Shown here piece by piece: positions 47,102 through 56,145 of a stretch of 64,000 bases of DNA. A model generated the notes under the pieces. It searched no databases, was not told where the DNA came from, and saw only the letters and a list, made by a program, of their open reading frames with translations. Both the position numbers and the translations under genes were made by a program. This DNA comes from Nannocystis bainbridge. Lineage in GTDB: Bacteria > Myxococcota_A > Polyangia > Nannocystales > Nannocystaceae. The stretch lies in NCBI RefSeq assembly GCF_028368995.1, contig NZ_JAQNDL010000001.1, forward strand, positions 1,504,001 to 1,568,000, written 5' to 3'. Positions within the stretch are counted from its first letter, which is position 1. Each line of letters begins with the position of its first letter.

Positions 47102-48640
47102 ATGCGTCCCGTCGCCGTCCTCACCCTCCTCTCGCTGGCGTCGGCCTGCGCGAACACTCCTTCGGCGGCGACCGAGCAGGGCAGCGCGTCGGACACGAGC
47201 ACGGGCAGCAGCGGCAGCCTCACCGAGAGCAGCAGCGGCAGCCCCACCGAGGCCACGAGCACGGGTGATGACGGCGAGCCGCTCTGCCACGGCGGCCCGT
47301 GGGAGCGCGGGCAGCCGATCGCGGCGCCCGAGCTGCCCTCCGGAGACCCAGCAGCGGGCTACACGGCGCTGCTGACCCGCGATTACGTGAGTTGCGGGAT
47401 CCCCTGGGACCTGTTCGGCTTCGCCGAGGGCGTGCTCGGCGTCGAGGAGCCGCTGCCCGGTCGCGCCGGCAAGAACGCCGAGGTCGGCCACGCCTGGAAC
47501 GTCGTCACCCTCGCGGACGACAGCGAGCTGGTCGTCTCCAACTGTCTGCAGTGCCACGCGGGCTACTTCAACGGCGAGCTGATCGTCGGCCTCGGCAAGG
47601 CCTCGGCCGACTTCACGACCTCGCTCAGCGAGTTCGCCGAGCCGCTGCCCGACCTGCCCGAGACCAGCCTTGCCAACGCCGCCTTCAACAAGTTCAAGGC
47701 CCGCGCCGCGGCGCTCGGGCCTTATTCGACGATGATGACGGTCGGCGCCAACCCGGCGGTCATGTTCGCCATCATCCTGCTGTCGCACCGCGATCCGGTC
47801 ACGCTCGCGTGGAGCGACGAGCCGCTGTACGAGCTCTCCGCGGAATTGGTGCTCCCCGCCGATCCGCCGCCGTGGTGGCGCGTCGGCAAGAAGACCAGCA
47901 ACTTCGCCAACGGCATGTCGCGCGGCGACCACCGCGGGACCATGGTCCTGGCCTCGTCGCTGTGTACCGACAGCGTCGAGGAGGCCGGCCCCGTGGTCGA
48001 CTATTTCGCCGACATCCAGGCCTATCTCGCCTCGCTCGAAGCGCCCACGTATCCGTTTGCGATCGACGAGGCGCTCGCCGCTGACGGCGCGCAGGTCTTC
48101 GAGTGCAACTGCGCCGGCTGCCACGGCACCTACGCCAAGGACCCGGCGGCGGAGAGCTTCCCCAACCTGCTGATCCCGCTCGACCTGATCGGCACCGATC
48201 CGTCGTTCGCCACCCAGGCGGCCGCGGGCGGCTTTTATCACCACCTGCGCGAATGGTTCAACGCGTCGTTCTACGGCATGTTCAGCGAGGTCGTGACCGA
48301 CGACCCGACGCCCGGCTACACCGCGCCGCCGCTCGACGGCATCTGGGCGACCGCGCCGTACTTCCACAACGGCTCGGTGCCCACCATCGCGCTGGTGCTC
48401 GACAGCGCGGCCCGGCCGGGCGCCTGGCGGCGGCTCGACTACGACAGCACGAACTTCGACCAGGCCGCGCTCGGCTGGCCGTGGCAGCCCGCGCCGGCCC
48501 ACGCCGAAGCGCCCGCGAGCGAGCGCAAGTTCATCTACGACACGACCCTGTTCGGCTACGGCAATCGCGGCCACACCTTCGGCGACCACCTCGACGACGC
48601 CGAGCGCCAGGCCCTGCTCGAGTACCTCAAGACGCTCTGA
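47102..48640 (+). CDS. RoxA-like di-heme c-type cytochrome lipoprotein
   Basis: Lipobox ASAC; CLQCH and CAGCH; DPPPWW; PPLDGIWATAPYFHNGSVPT; GNRGHTF; LLEYLKTL. Confidence 0.85.
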   Translation: MRPVAVLTLLSLASACANTPSAATEQGSASDTSTGSSGSLTESSSGSPTEATSTGDDGEPLCHGGPWERGQPIAAPELPSGDPAAGYTALLTRDYVSCGIPWDLFGFAEGVLGVEEPLPGRAGKNAEVGHAWNVVTLADDSELVVSNCLQCHAGYFNGELIVGLGKASADFTTSLSEFAEPLPDLPETSLANAAFNKFKARAAALGPYSTMMTVGANPAVMFAIILLSHRDPVTLAWSDEPLYELSAELVLPADPPPWWRVGKKTSNFANGMSRGDHRGTMVLASSLCTDSVEEAGPVVDYFADIQAYLASLEAPTYPFAIDEALAADGAQVFECNCAGCHGTYAKDPAAESFPNLLIPLDLIGTDPSFATQAAAGGFYHHLREWFNASFYGMFSEVVTDDPTPGYTAPPLDGIWATAPYFHNGSVPTIALVLDSAARPGAWRRLDYDSTNFDQAALGWPWQPAPAHAEAPASERKFIYDTTLFGYGNRGHTFGDHLDDAERQALLEYLKTL

Positions 48641-48765
48641 CCGGCGGGTCCTCACCGGCGCCTGCGACGCTCGAAACGGGGCGGCGGCCGCAGCGGCGGC
48701 GATCTTGAGGATGTTCTCAGGAAACTCTCAAGCTCGGCCGCCCGGCTCGCGCTACACCGAGCGGC

Positions 48766-49851
48766 ATGCTCCGCCCGGCGCTCGCGACCTGCTGCGTGGC
48801 CCTCCTCGCCGTCTCCTGCATGTCCGAAGAGACATGCCCGGATCGGGCCCCCGACAGCCGACCCGCGAGCACCCCGACCGCGTGGGTCGAGGCCAGCGCG
48901 CCGCAGGACGTCTCGCTGCTGCAGGCCGCCGCCCGCGTCGTGCTCGCCGGCGATCGCCAGGCCGTGATCCGCCCGCTGTTCCGCGCCCGGATCACCCGCT
49001 TCCACGTCCAGGCCGGCGATCGCGTGCGCGCCGGTCAGCCGATCGTCGACGTCGTCATGCCCGAGGTCGTCATCGCCGCCGCCGGCTACCGCGGCGCCCT
49101 GCTCCGCGGCGCCGCCCACAACGCGCGCCGCGACAAGCTCACGGGCCTGCGCAACGAGGGCCTGGTCGCCGAGCGCGACGTCTTCGACGTCGCCACCCGC
49201 GCCGCGGAGGTCGAGCAGCAGGCGCTGACCGCCGCCGCCACCTTGCGGGCCGCCGGCCTCGATCCCTCGCAGGCGCGCGAGCTGCTGCAGAAGCCCGAGG
49301 TCACGCTCACCAGCGCCGTCGACGGCGTGGTCCGCGAGCTCAACGGTCGCCTCGGCGAGGTCATCGAGGGCCAGGGTCCGCCGATCGCCAGCGTCGTCGG
49401 CGAGGGCGTGCCGCGCGTCGAGGCTCGCTTCCTGCAGGCCCCGCCGGCGCGCGCCACCCTGCGGTTTCACGCCGTCGACGGCAGCGTGTGGCCGCTGCGG
49501 CCCGAGCCGCTCGCCCGCACCGTCGAGGCCGATGACGGCGCGATCGTCATGTGGTTCCAGGTCGAGGGCGATCGGCTGGCCGCGCCCGGTCTGCGCGGCA
49601 CCGTCGAGGCCTTCAGCGACGAGCCCGGCGTGGTCCAGGTCCCCGCCGGCGCGCTGCGGCGGCGTGACGACGCTCTGATCGTCTACCGCCGGCGCGACGG
49701 CCAGGTCGCCGCGGTCGCCGTCGAATTGCTCATGGCCTCCGGCGCCTCCGCGCTGGTGCGAGCCGTCGATCCGACGCAGCTCAGCGCCGGCGAGCGGATC
49801 GCCGAGGACGCCCTGGCCTACGAGCGGGCCCAGGCGGGGGCCGGCGCGTGA
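48766..49851 (+). CDS. RND efflux periplasmic adaptor (membrane fusion protein)
   Basis: Lipoprotein-like N-terminus; biotinyl-lipoyl-like VQAGDRVRAGQPI and LTSAVDGVV; GTGA overlap with the RND gene. Confidence 0.85.
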   Translation: MLRPALATCCVALLAVSCMSEETCPDRAPDSRPASTPTAWVEASAPQDVSLLQAAARVVLAGDRQAVIRPLFRARITRFHVQAGDRVRAGQPIVDVVMPEVVIAAAGYRGALLRGAAHNARRDKLTGLRNEGLVAERDVFDVATRAAEVEQQALTAAATLRAAGLDPSQARELLQKPEVTLTSAVDGVVRELNGRLGEVIEGQGPPIASVVGEGVPRVEARFLQAPPARATLRFHAVDGSVWPLRPEPLARTVEADDGAIVMWFQVEGDRLAAPGLRGTVEAFSDEPGVVQVPAGALRRRDDALIVYRRRDGQVAAVAVELLMASGASALVRAVDPTQLSAGERIAEDALAYERAQAGAGA

Positions 49852-52800
49852 TCGAGGCGCTCGTCCAGGCGTCGGTGGTCCATCGCCGCGCGGTCATCCT
49901 CATCACCCTGGTGGCGACGCTGTTCGCCGCGATCGTCGCCACCGGCCTGCGCTTCGACGCCCTCCCGGACGTCACCACCAATCAGGTCCTCGTCCTCACG
50001 CGCGCGCACGGCCTCACCCCCGAAGAGGTCGAGCGCCTGGTGACGCGGCCGATCGAGATCAGCCTCGGCGGCATCCCGGGCATGGTCAAGCAGCGCAGCG
50101 TCTCGCGCTACGGCATCTCCTCGATCACCGCCGTGTTCGGCGACGACGTGAGCCCGTTCCTCGCCCGCCAGATGGTGCAGGAGCGCCTCGCGCTGGTCGG
50201 CGACCGCCTGCCCGAAGACGTCGAGTCGCCCGAGCTCGGCCCGCTGTCCGGCGGCCTCGGCGAGATCTTCCACTTCACCGTGCGCTCGCCCGACCGCACG
50301 CCGGCGGAGCTGCTCGAGCTCGTCGAGCTGCGCCTGGTCCCGCTGCTGCGCGCCATCGAGGGCGTGGTCGAGGTCAACACCTGGGGCGGCGAGAAGCGCA
50401 CCCTCGACGTCGTCGGCCGCCCGGAGGCCATGGCGCGCTGGCGCGTCACGCTCGGTCAGCTCGAGGCCGCCGTGGTCGACGCCACCGGCACGGCCGCGGG
50501 CGCCAGCCTGGCCGACGGCACGCATCAAGTGCTGCTGCGCGGGGTCGCCCGGCCGACCACGCCGCAGGAGCTCGGCAGCGCTCTGGTGCGCCCGGCGGCC
50601 AGCGGCGAGCCCGGCCTGCGGCTCGCCGACGTCGCCGACGTGCGCTGGGGCAGCACCCCGCGGATCGGCGCCGCGACCTCGAACGGCGGCGGCGAGACCG
50701 TGTACGTGATGGTGCAGATGCTGCGCGGCGCCAACGCCCTGCAGGTCATGGAGCGCCTGCACGCACGCATGGCCGATGTCACCGCGACGCTGCCCGAGGA
50801 TGTCGCCGTCGACGTCGTCTACGATCGCTCGAAGCTGGTCTCGGCCACGCTCGCCACCGTCGCCAAGAACCTGCTCGAGGGCGGCCTGCTGGTCATCGTC
50901 GTCCTGTTCGCCATGCTGGGCAGCTTCCGCGCGGGGCTGTTGGTCGCGCTCGTGATCCCGCTGTCGATGGTGTTCGCGCTCGCCGGCATGGCGCTGCTCG
51001 ACATCCCGGGCAACCTCATGAGCCTCGGCGCGATCGACTTCGGCCTGCTCGTGGACGGCGCGGTGGTGATGGTCGAGGCCGTGTTCTGCGGGGCCGTCGG
51101 CGCGTCCCTGTCACCCGCGCGGATCGCCGACCTGACGCGCGGCGTGGCCCGCCCGGTGTTCTTCTCGGTGCTGGTGATCCTGCTGGTCTACGTCCCGATC
51201 GTCACGCTCACCGGCGTCGACGGCAAGATGTTCCGGCCGATGGCGGCGACGGTGATCATGGCCCTGCTCGCGGCCCTGATCCTCGCGCTCACCTTCATCC
51301 CGGCGGCCGCCGCGACGGTCCTGCGATCGCGCGACATCCCCGCCCGCGAGCCCCTGCTGGTCCGCCTCGCCGAGCACGCCTACGCCCCCGTGCTGCGCCT
51401 CGCCGCCCGCTTCCCGATGCTCGTCGCCGCGTCCGGCCTCGCCGCGCTGGCGGTGGGCGTGTGGCTGTTCGGGCGCACCGGCGCCGCCTTCGTCCCGCAG
51501 CTCGACGAGGGCGACCTGGTGATCCAGACCGAGCGCGCGCCCGACATCTCGATCGAGTCGGCGGTGCGCGAAGCGACCGCGCTCGAGCAGGTCCTGCTCG
51601 AGGCCGTGCCCGAGGTCCGGGCCGTGGTCGGGCGCATCGGCTCGCCCGCGGTCGCCACCGACCTCATGGGCATCGAGCAGGCCGACATGTTCGTCGAGCT
51701 GGCCCCGAAGTCACAGTGGCGACCGGGCCTCGACAAGGACGCGCTCGTCGAAGAGATCGACGCGCTGCTGGCGGCGCGAGCCCCGGCCGACGTCGTCGTC
51801 TTCACCCAGCCGATCCAGATGCGCTTCAACGAGCTGCTCGGCGGCACCGTCACCGACGTCTCGCTCAGCATCTTCGGCGACGACCTCGCGCAGCTGCGAG
51901 AGCTGGCAGAGCAGGCCGCCGAGGTCATCGAGGCCCAGCCCGGCGCCGTCGACGTCCGCATCATGGCGCCGCCGGACGTCGCGGTGGCCGAGGTCCGCCC
52001 GCGCATGCTCGCCGCCGGCAGCCACGGCATGTCGGCCGCCGACGTGCTGCGCGTCGTCCAGGCCATCCGCACCGGCATCACCGCCAGCCACACCTACGTG
52101 GGCCCGCTGCGCCTGCCGGTGCGGGTTCGCCTCGGCGAGCCGCCCCAGGCCGCCCTGCTCGCGCAGGTGCCGGTGCCCACCCCCGACGGGGCCCTGATCG
52201 CGCTCCACCACCTCGCCACCGTCGAGCAACGAGCGGCCGCGAGCCTCGTCAATCACGACGACGCCCAGCGCCGGATCGTCGTCGGCTTCAACGTCCGCGG
52301 CGCGGCCCTCGGCGACGTCGTCGAGGCGCTCAAGACCGAGCTCGCCGCGCGCGCCCCGTTGCCTCGCGGGACCCGCTCGGTGTGGGGCGGCCAGTACGAG
52401 TCGCTGGCCGAGGCGCGCGCGCGCCTGGCATGGGTCATCCCCGTGGTGATCGCGGGCATCTTCGCGGTCCTGCTGCTCGCCTTCCGCCGCCTGCGGCCCG
52501 CCGTCCTGATCTTCACCCACGTGCCCTTCGCCTGCGTCGGCGGCATCGTCGCCCTGACCCTGCGCGGCCTCCCGCTGTCGCTGTCCGCCGCGATCGGCTT
52601 CATCGCCCTCAGCGGGATCGCGGTGCTCAACGGCGTGGTGCTGCTGGCGCAGATCGATCTGCTCACGGCCCAGGGTCACGGTCCGCGGCGCGCGGCGCTG
52701 GACGCCGCCGCGTCGCGCATGCGCCCGGTGCTGATGACCGCGCTGGTGGCCGCGCTCGGGTTCGTGCCGATGATGCTGGCCACCGGCACCGGCGCCGAGG

Positions 52801-52922
52801 TCCAGCGCCCGCTCGCGACCGTCGTCGTCGGCGGCCTCCTCACCTCGACGCTGCTCACCCTCGTCATCCTCCCCGCGCTCTACCCGTTCTTCGCCGGACG
52901 CGCCGCGGGCGGCGAGCGCTGA
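49848..52922 (+). CDS. CusA/CzcA family heavy-metal RND transporter
   Basis: DALPDVT, GPLSGGLGEI, GAIDFGLLVDGAVVMVE, GKMFRPMA, RMRPVLMTA, GAEVQRPLATVVVGG. Confidence 0.94.
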   Translation: MIEALVQASVVHRRAVILITLVATLFAAIVATGLRFDALPDVTTNQVLVLTRAHGLTPEEVERLVTRPIEISLGGIPGMVKQRSVSRYGISSITAVFGDDVSPFLARQMVQERLALVGDRLPEDVESPELGPLSGGLGEIFHFTVRSPDRTPAELLELVELRLVPLLRAIEGVVEVNTWGGEKRTLDVVGRPEAMARWRVTLGQLEAAVVDATGTAAGASLADGTHQVLLRGVARPTTPQELGSALVRPAASGEPGLRLADVADVRWGSTPRIGAATSNGGGETVYVMVQMLRGANALQVMERLHARMADVTATLPEDVAVDVVYDRSKLVSATLATVAKNLLEGGLLVIVVLFAMLGSFRAGLLVALVIPLSMVFALAGMALLDIPGNLMSLGAIDFGLLVDGAVVMVEAVFCGAVGASLSPARIADLTRGVARPVFFSVLVILLVYVPIVTLTGVDGKMFRPMAATVIMALLAALILALTFIPAAAATVLRSRDIPAREPLLVRLAEHAYAPVLRLAARFPMLVAASGLAALAVGVWLFGRTGAAFVPQLDEGDLVIQTERAPDISIESAVREATALEQVLLEAVPEVRAVVGRIGSPAVATDLMGIEQADMFVELAPKSQWRPGLDKDALVEEIDALLAARAPADVVVFTQPIQMRFNELLGGTVTDVSLSIFGDDLAQLRELAEQAAEVIEAQPGAVDVRIMAPPDVAVAEVRPRMLAAGSHGMSAADVLRVVQAIRTGITASHTYVGPLRLPVRVRLGEPPQAALLAQVPVPTPDGALIALHHLATVEQRAAASLVNHDDAQRRIVVGFNVRGAALGDVVEALKTELAARAPLPRGTRSVWGGQYESLAEARARLAWVIPVVIAGIFAVLLLAFRRLRPAVLIFTHVPFACVGGIVALTLRGLPLSLSAAIGFIALSGIAVLNGVVLLAQIDLLTAQGHGPRRAALDAAASRMRPVLMTALVAALGFVPMMLATGTGAEVQRPLATVVVGGLLTSTLLTLVILPALYPFFAGRAAGGER

Positions 52923-53111
52923 ACTGCAGCGCCGCGAGCGGCCGTTCGACGCCCGCCCCCGCCCTGCATCGGCCGCGAACGGGCCTCGCATCGCTGCAAT
53001 CGTGCCTCGCACGGCTGCGACGACGTCGCGACCCGAGCCGCGTACACTGGCCGCACGCACGAACCGGCGCGGCCGTGGGCGTGGCTCACGACGCGCCGCG
53101 AGGAGTTACCC

Positions 53112-53327
53112 ATGAAGAAGCTTGCATTCATCCTGTCCTTCGCCGTCGGCGCCATCATCGCCAACACCGCCTACGCCGCCCAGCCCACCAAGGCCTGCAC
53201 CGCCAGCAACACCGGCGAGCAGGTGACCACGTGGAACAAGGCGCACACCCGCTCGGAGACCTACCTGTGCAGCTCGGGCTGGCAGTTGATCCGCGTGTGC
53301 GCCAACGGCGTGTGCGAAGACTATTGA
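53112..53327 (+). CDS. Small secreted 4-Cys protein (71 aa)
   Basis: GAGGAG RBS; MKK signal peptide ending AYA; four Cys in the mature part. Confidence 0.75.
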   Translation: MKKLAFILSFAVGAIIANTAYAAQPTKACTASNTGEQVTTWNKAHTRSETYLCSSGWQLIRVCANGVCEDY

Positions 53328-53513
53328 TGGCAGTACGAGGCTATCGTCAGCCTCGCGGCTGCGGAGTCGCTCGCGGCCGCAGCGGGTGCATGCACCGTAC
53401 GTGAGAGGTCGCCCGCCGCGAGCGGGCCTGACCCTCGTCCCGCATGGCGGGACGTCTCCACTCATTTCGGCGTGTTCGCGTCGACGGCCTCGCGGCGCCC
53501 CGGCGCGTCATGG

Positions 53514-54464
53514 TTACCGCGGCCGACCGAGATCCTTGAGCACGGCCCCGGTCGTCCGATCGACGATGCGCAGCGCGTGCGATGTCTTGGGCCCGTCGCA
53601 TTCGAAATACACGCGGGTGGCGGTCCCGACCATCGCGTAGCCGCCGGTCCCGCCGCACGACGAGGTCCACAGCACGGTCCCGGTGCGCGCGTCGATCGCA
53701 GAAGTCTCACCTTGCCGGATCAGCACGGTGCCGCCGACGAGATCGAGGGCCTCGATCCTGCGGCCCTTCGGGTCGAACGGCAGCCGGTAGGTCGGCTGCC
53801 CCGCCGTGTCGTAGCCGACGATCGTGACCTCCGGTGTGCCCGGGCTCTTGACCTCGATCCCGACCGATTCACCGGTGACCGGGTCCGTCAGCCGCGCCTT
53901 GCTGGTCACGAAGTCGCCCTCGCAGCGCGCGTGCTTCACCGTGGTGCACAGCAGCGGGAGCGAACTCGAGTCGCAGGCCGGCGGCGTCGCGGCGTCGTCG
54001 CGCTGGCCGGTCGCCACGTCGAGCACGAAGCGCACATGATCGATCTGGTGGACCCCGACCTTGTCGCCCTCGACACACAGCCGCTCGACCTCGTCGGTCA
54101 GCGCGAGCGTGGTGCGGGTGGCCCCGTTCGTCGACTCGAGGATCTCCAGCCCTCGCGCCCGCGCTATCACGACCGCCCCGCCGGCGACGACTGCCTCGTC
54201 TCTCGGTTCGATCCGCAGATCGGGCCGGCGCCACAGCGGCTTGAAGGTGGCCCCGTCGAGCGCGAGCACGCCGTCGTCCACGAACCACGCCACGACATCC
54301 TCGAGCCCGTCGCCGTTGAAGTCGCCGAGGACCGGCGGCCCGCCCATCCAGAACCGGTACTCCGTGGGGTCGCGCTCCTTGGCGCCGAGACAACCGACGA
54401 GCGCCGTCAGGGCGAGCCCAGCCGCGCTCGCGGCGCTCCTCCGACCTCTGCGTGCATGAAGCAT
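53514..54464 (-). CDS. Lipoprotein with FG-GAP/PQQ-like beta-propeller repeats
   Basis: Lipobox LVGC; GDFNGDGLEDVV; ALDGATFKPLW, AIDARTGTVLW, VDRTTG repeats. Start uncertain. Confidence 0.72.
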   Translation of the reverse strand: MLHARRGRRSAASAAGLALTALVGCLGAKERDPTEYRFWMGGPPVLGDFNGDGLEDVVAWFVDDGVLALDGATFKPLWRRPDLRIEPRDEAVVAGGAVVIARARGLEILESTNGATRTTLALTDEVERLCVEGDKVGVHQIDHVRFVLDVATGQRDDAATPPACDSSSLPLLCTTVKHARCEGDFVTSKARLTDPVTGESVGIEVKSPGTPEVTIVGYDTAGQPTYRLPFDPKGRRIEALDLVGGTVLIRQGETSAIDARTGTVLWTSSCGGTGGYAMVGTATRVYFECDGPKTSHALRIVDRTTGAVLKDLGRPR

Positions 54465-54572
54465 CGAAAGCACTCTACCCGATCTCGCAGCCCGACGACG
54501 GCTGCGTCCACGCGCGCGATCGCGGCGGCGCGCGATCATGAGACACCGGCGCCGACGCGCGTCCTGCTACGA

Positions 54573-54932
54573 TTACCGCCGGGCGTCCTCGTATCGCCGC
54601 ACCTCGGCGATGCCCGCCTGGTACCACAGCTCGGCGATCGGCGCGTCGCCCTCGCGCGCCGCCACGATCTCGCGGGCCCACGGCTCGCGGGTATCAAAAT
54701 CGTCGCTGAAGCTCAGCATCAGCGCCGCGATTTTGAACACGTCGCGCTCCGCGTTCATCGCGTAGTCGGCGGCCTTGACCGTCGCCGCGCGCACGACCTC
54801 GAGCGCCTGCGGGTCGCCTGGCCACACCTGCGTCGGCCCGTAGTGTTGGCGCAGCAGCGCGAAGATCCGCCGCTCCGACGCGTCGCGGGCGGCGGCCGTG
54901 ACCTCGCCGCGTTGATGGGCATCGAGCTTCAT
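54573..54932 (-). CDS. Small helical T6SS-accessory-like protein (similar to 36155..36643)
   Basis: MKLDAHQ...KAADYAMNAERDVFKIAALMLSFSDDFDTREPWAREIV; ATG 1 bp after the upstream stop. Confidence 0.68.
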   Translation of the reverse strand: MKLDAHQRGEVTAAARDASERRIFALLRQHYGPTQVWPGDPQALEVVRAATVKAADYAMNAERDVFKIAALMLSFSDDFDTREPWAREIVAAREGDAPIAELWYQAGIAEVRRYEDARR

Positions 54933-54933
54933 G

Positions 54934-56118
54934 TCAGTCGTCGTCCGCCTCGTCGGGGGCTGCGCGGTCGATGTGCACGTGGCTGGCGATGTCGAACAGC
55001 GACTCGACCTTCGAGCCGCCGGACGTCGCGGCGTCGGGGATCCCGTCCTCGTTGGTGTCCGGCATCTTGTCGGTCGGCGACGGCACCGCCGCGCTCGACG
55101 GATAGACCGCGCTGGGCCCCTTCTCGAGCAGGACCACGCGCGAGCGGACCGACCGCGCCGCGTTGTAGAGCCGCAGGTAGGCCGCCCGCCGGGTCGCACC
55201 TCGCATGTCCCGCTGGCCGATCGGCTGCATGTCGAGCGCGCCGCCGTGCTGGTGGTTGCTGTTGGGGACCTTGCTGCCGGCGGCCAGGTTGCGCCGCGGG
55301 TTGCGCCACCCGCTCGACACGTGGACCCGCCCGCCGTACGCCGCCTCGGTCGCGGTCAGCAGCTCGGTCATCGCCGAGTCGAGGATGAGCTGATAGTTGC
55401 CGCGCAGGTCGGCGCGGTCGGTCGCCTTGATGTGATTGCGGTAGGGCACGTGCAGCGTGAACTTGTCCCGCCACATGCGCTGGTCGACGTACTCCTGGCG
55501 GATGATGTCGCGCTCGTCCTGCGTCACCACCTCGACGATCTCGTGCGACTTGCCCCCGTGGGTGATGGTCGCCTTGATGCTGTACTGCACCGGCGGGTTC
55601 GGCTTCTTCGAGGCCGTGATCGGCCGCTGCGCATTGGTGACCTCCGGCGTGTAGTCGAAGCGGTTGCCGGTGCCGGTGCGCTTGGGGATCGTGCCGCTGT
55701 GGGTGCCGACGGGCGTGACCTCCCACGTCGCCGACGCGCCCTCCGGCGAGGCGACGCGGACGCTCAGGGTGCGGAACGACCTGCTCACGTCCTTGCCGAC
55801 CAGGAAGATGAACTTCGAGGCGACGACCCACTCTTTCTCGGAATAGCGGGTCTTCGCGGTGTACTGGCTGCGGTGCTCGAGGATGATCTGCGGCGGGCAG
55901 GTCGCACAGTCGCCGCCCGCCGGCTTGTCGCCGAGCTGCTGATCGGCGGCGGTGCCGGCGTTCTCCATCGTTTTGGAGAAGCGATTCGTCTGGCCCTGGA
56001 CCGGCTCCGGCGACACGGCCCGACCGGTGAAGCTGCCGGGCTGGCCCGAGGTGTTCGGGTTCAGCAGGTCCCACGTGAACCGCGGCGCGGTCAGTCCATT
56101 GTTCCCGGTTCCGCTCAT
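54934..56118 (-). CDS. Putative effector with C-terminal peptidase M15 (D-Ala-D-Ala carboxypeptidase-like) domain
   Basis: VSSGWRNPRRN..NSNHQHGGALDM..SHVHID zinc motifs; directly downstream of the DUF4123 gene; no obvious signal peptide. Confidence 0.8.
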   Translation of the reverse strand: MSGTGNNGLTAPRFTWDLLNPNTSGQPGSFTGRAVSPEPVQGQTNRFSKTMENAGTAADQQLGDKPAGGDCATCPPQIILEHRSQYTAKTRYSEKEWVVASKFIFLVGKDVSRSFRTLSVRVASPEGASATWEVTPVGTHSGTIPKRTGTGNRFDYTPEVTNAQRPITASKKPNPPVQYSIKATITHGGKSHEIVEVVTQDERDIIRQEYVDQRMWRDKFTLHVPYRNHIKATDRADLRGNYQLILDSAMTELLTATEAAYGGRVHVSSGWRNPRRNLAAGSKVPNSNHQHGGALDMQPIGQRDMRGATRRAAYLRLYNAARSVRSRVVLLEKGPSAVYPSSAAVPSPTDKMPDTNEDGIPDAATSGGSKVESLFDIASHVHIDRAAPDEADDD

Positions 56119-56145
56119 CGCCCCACCACCCGTCCCGGCGCGCGC

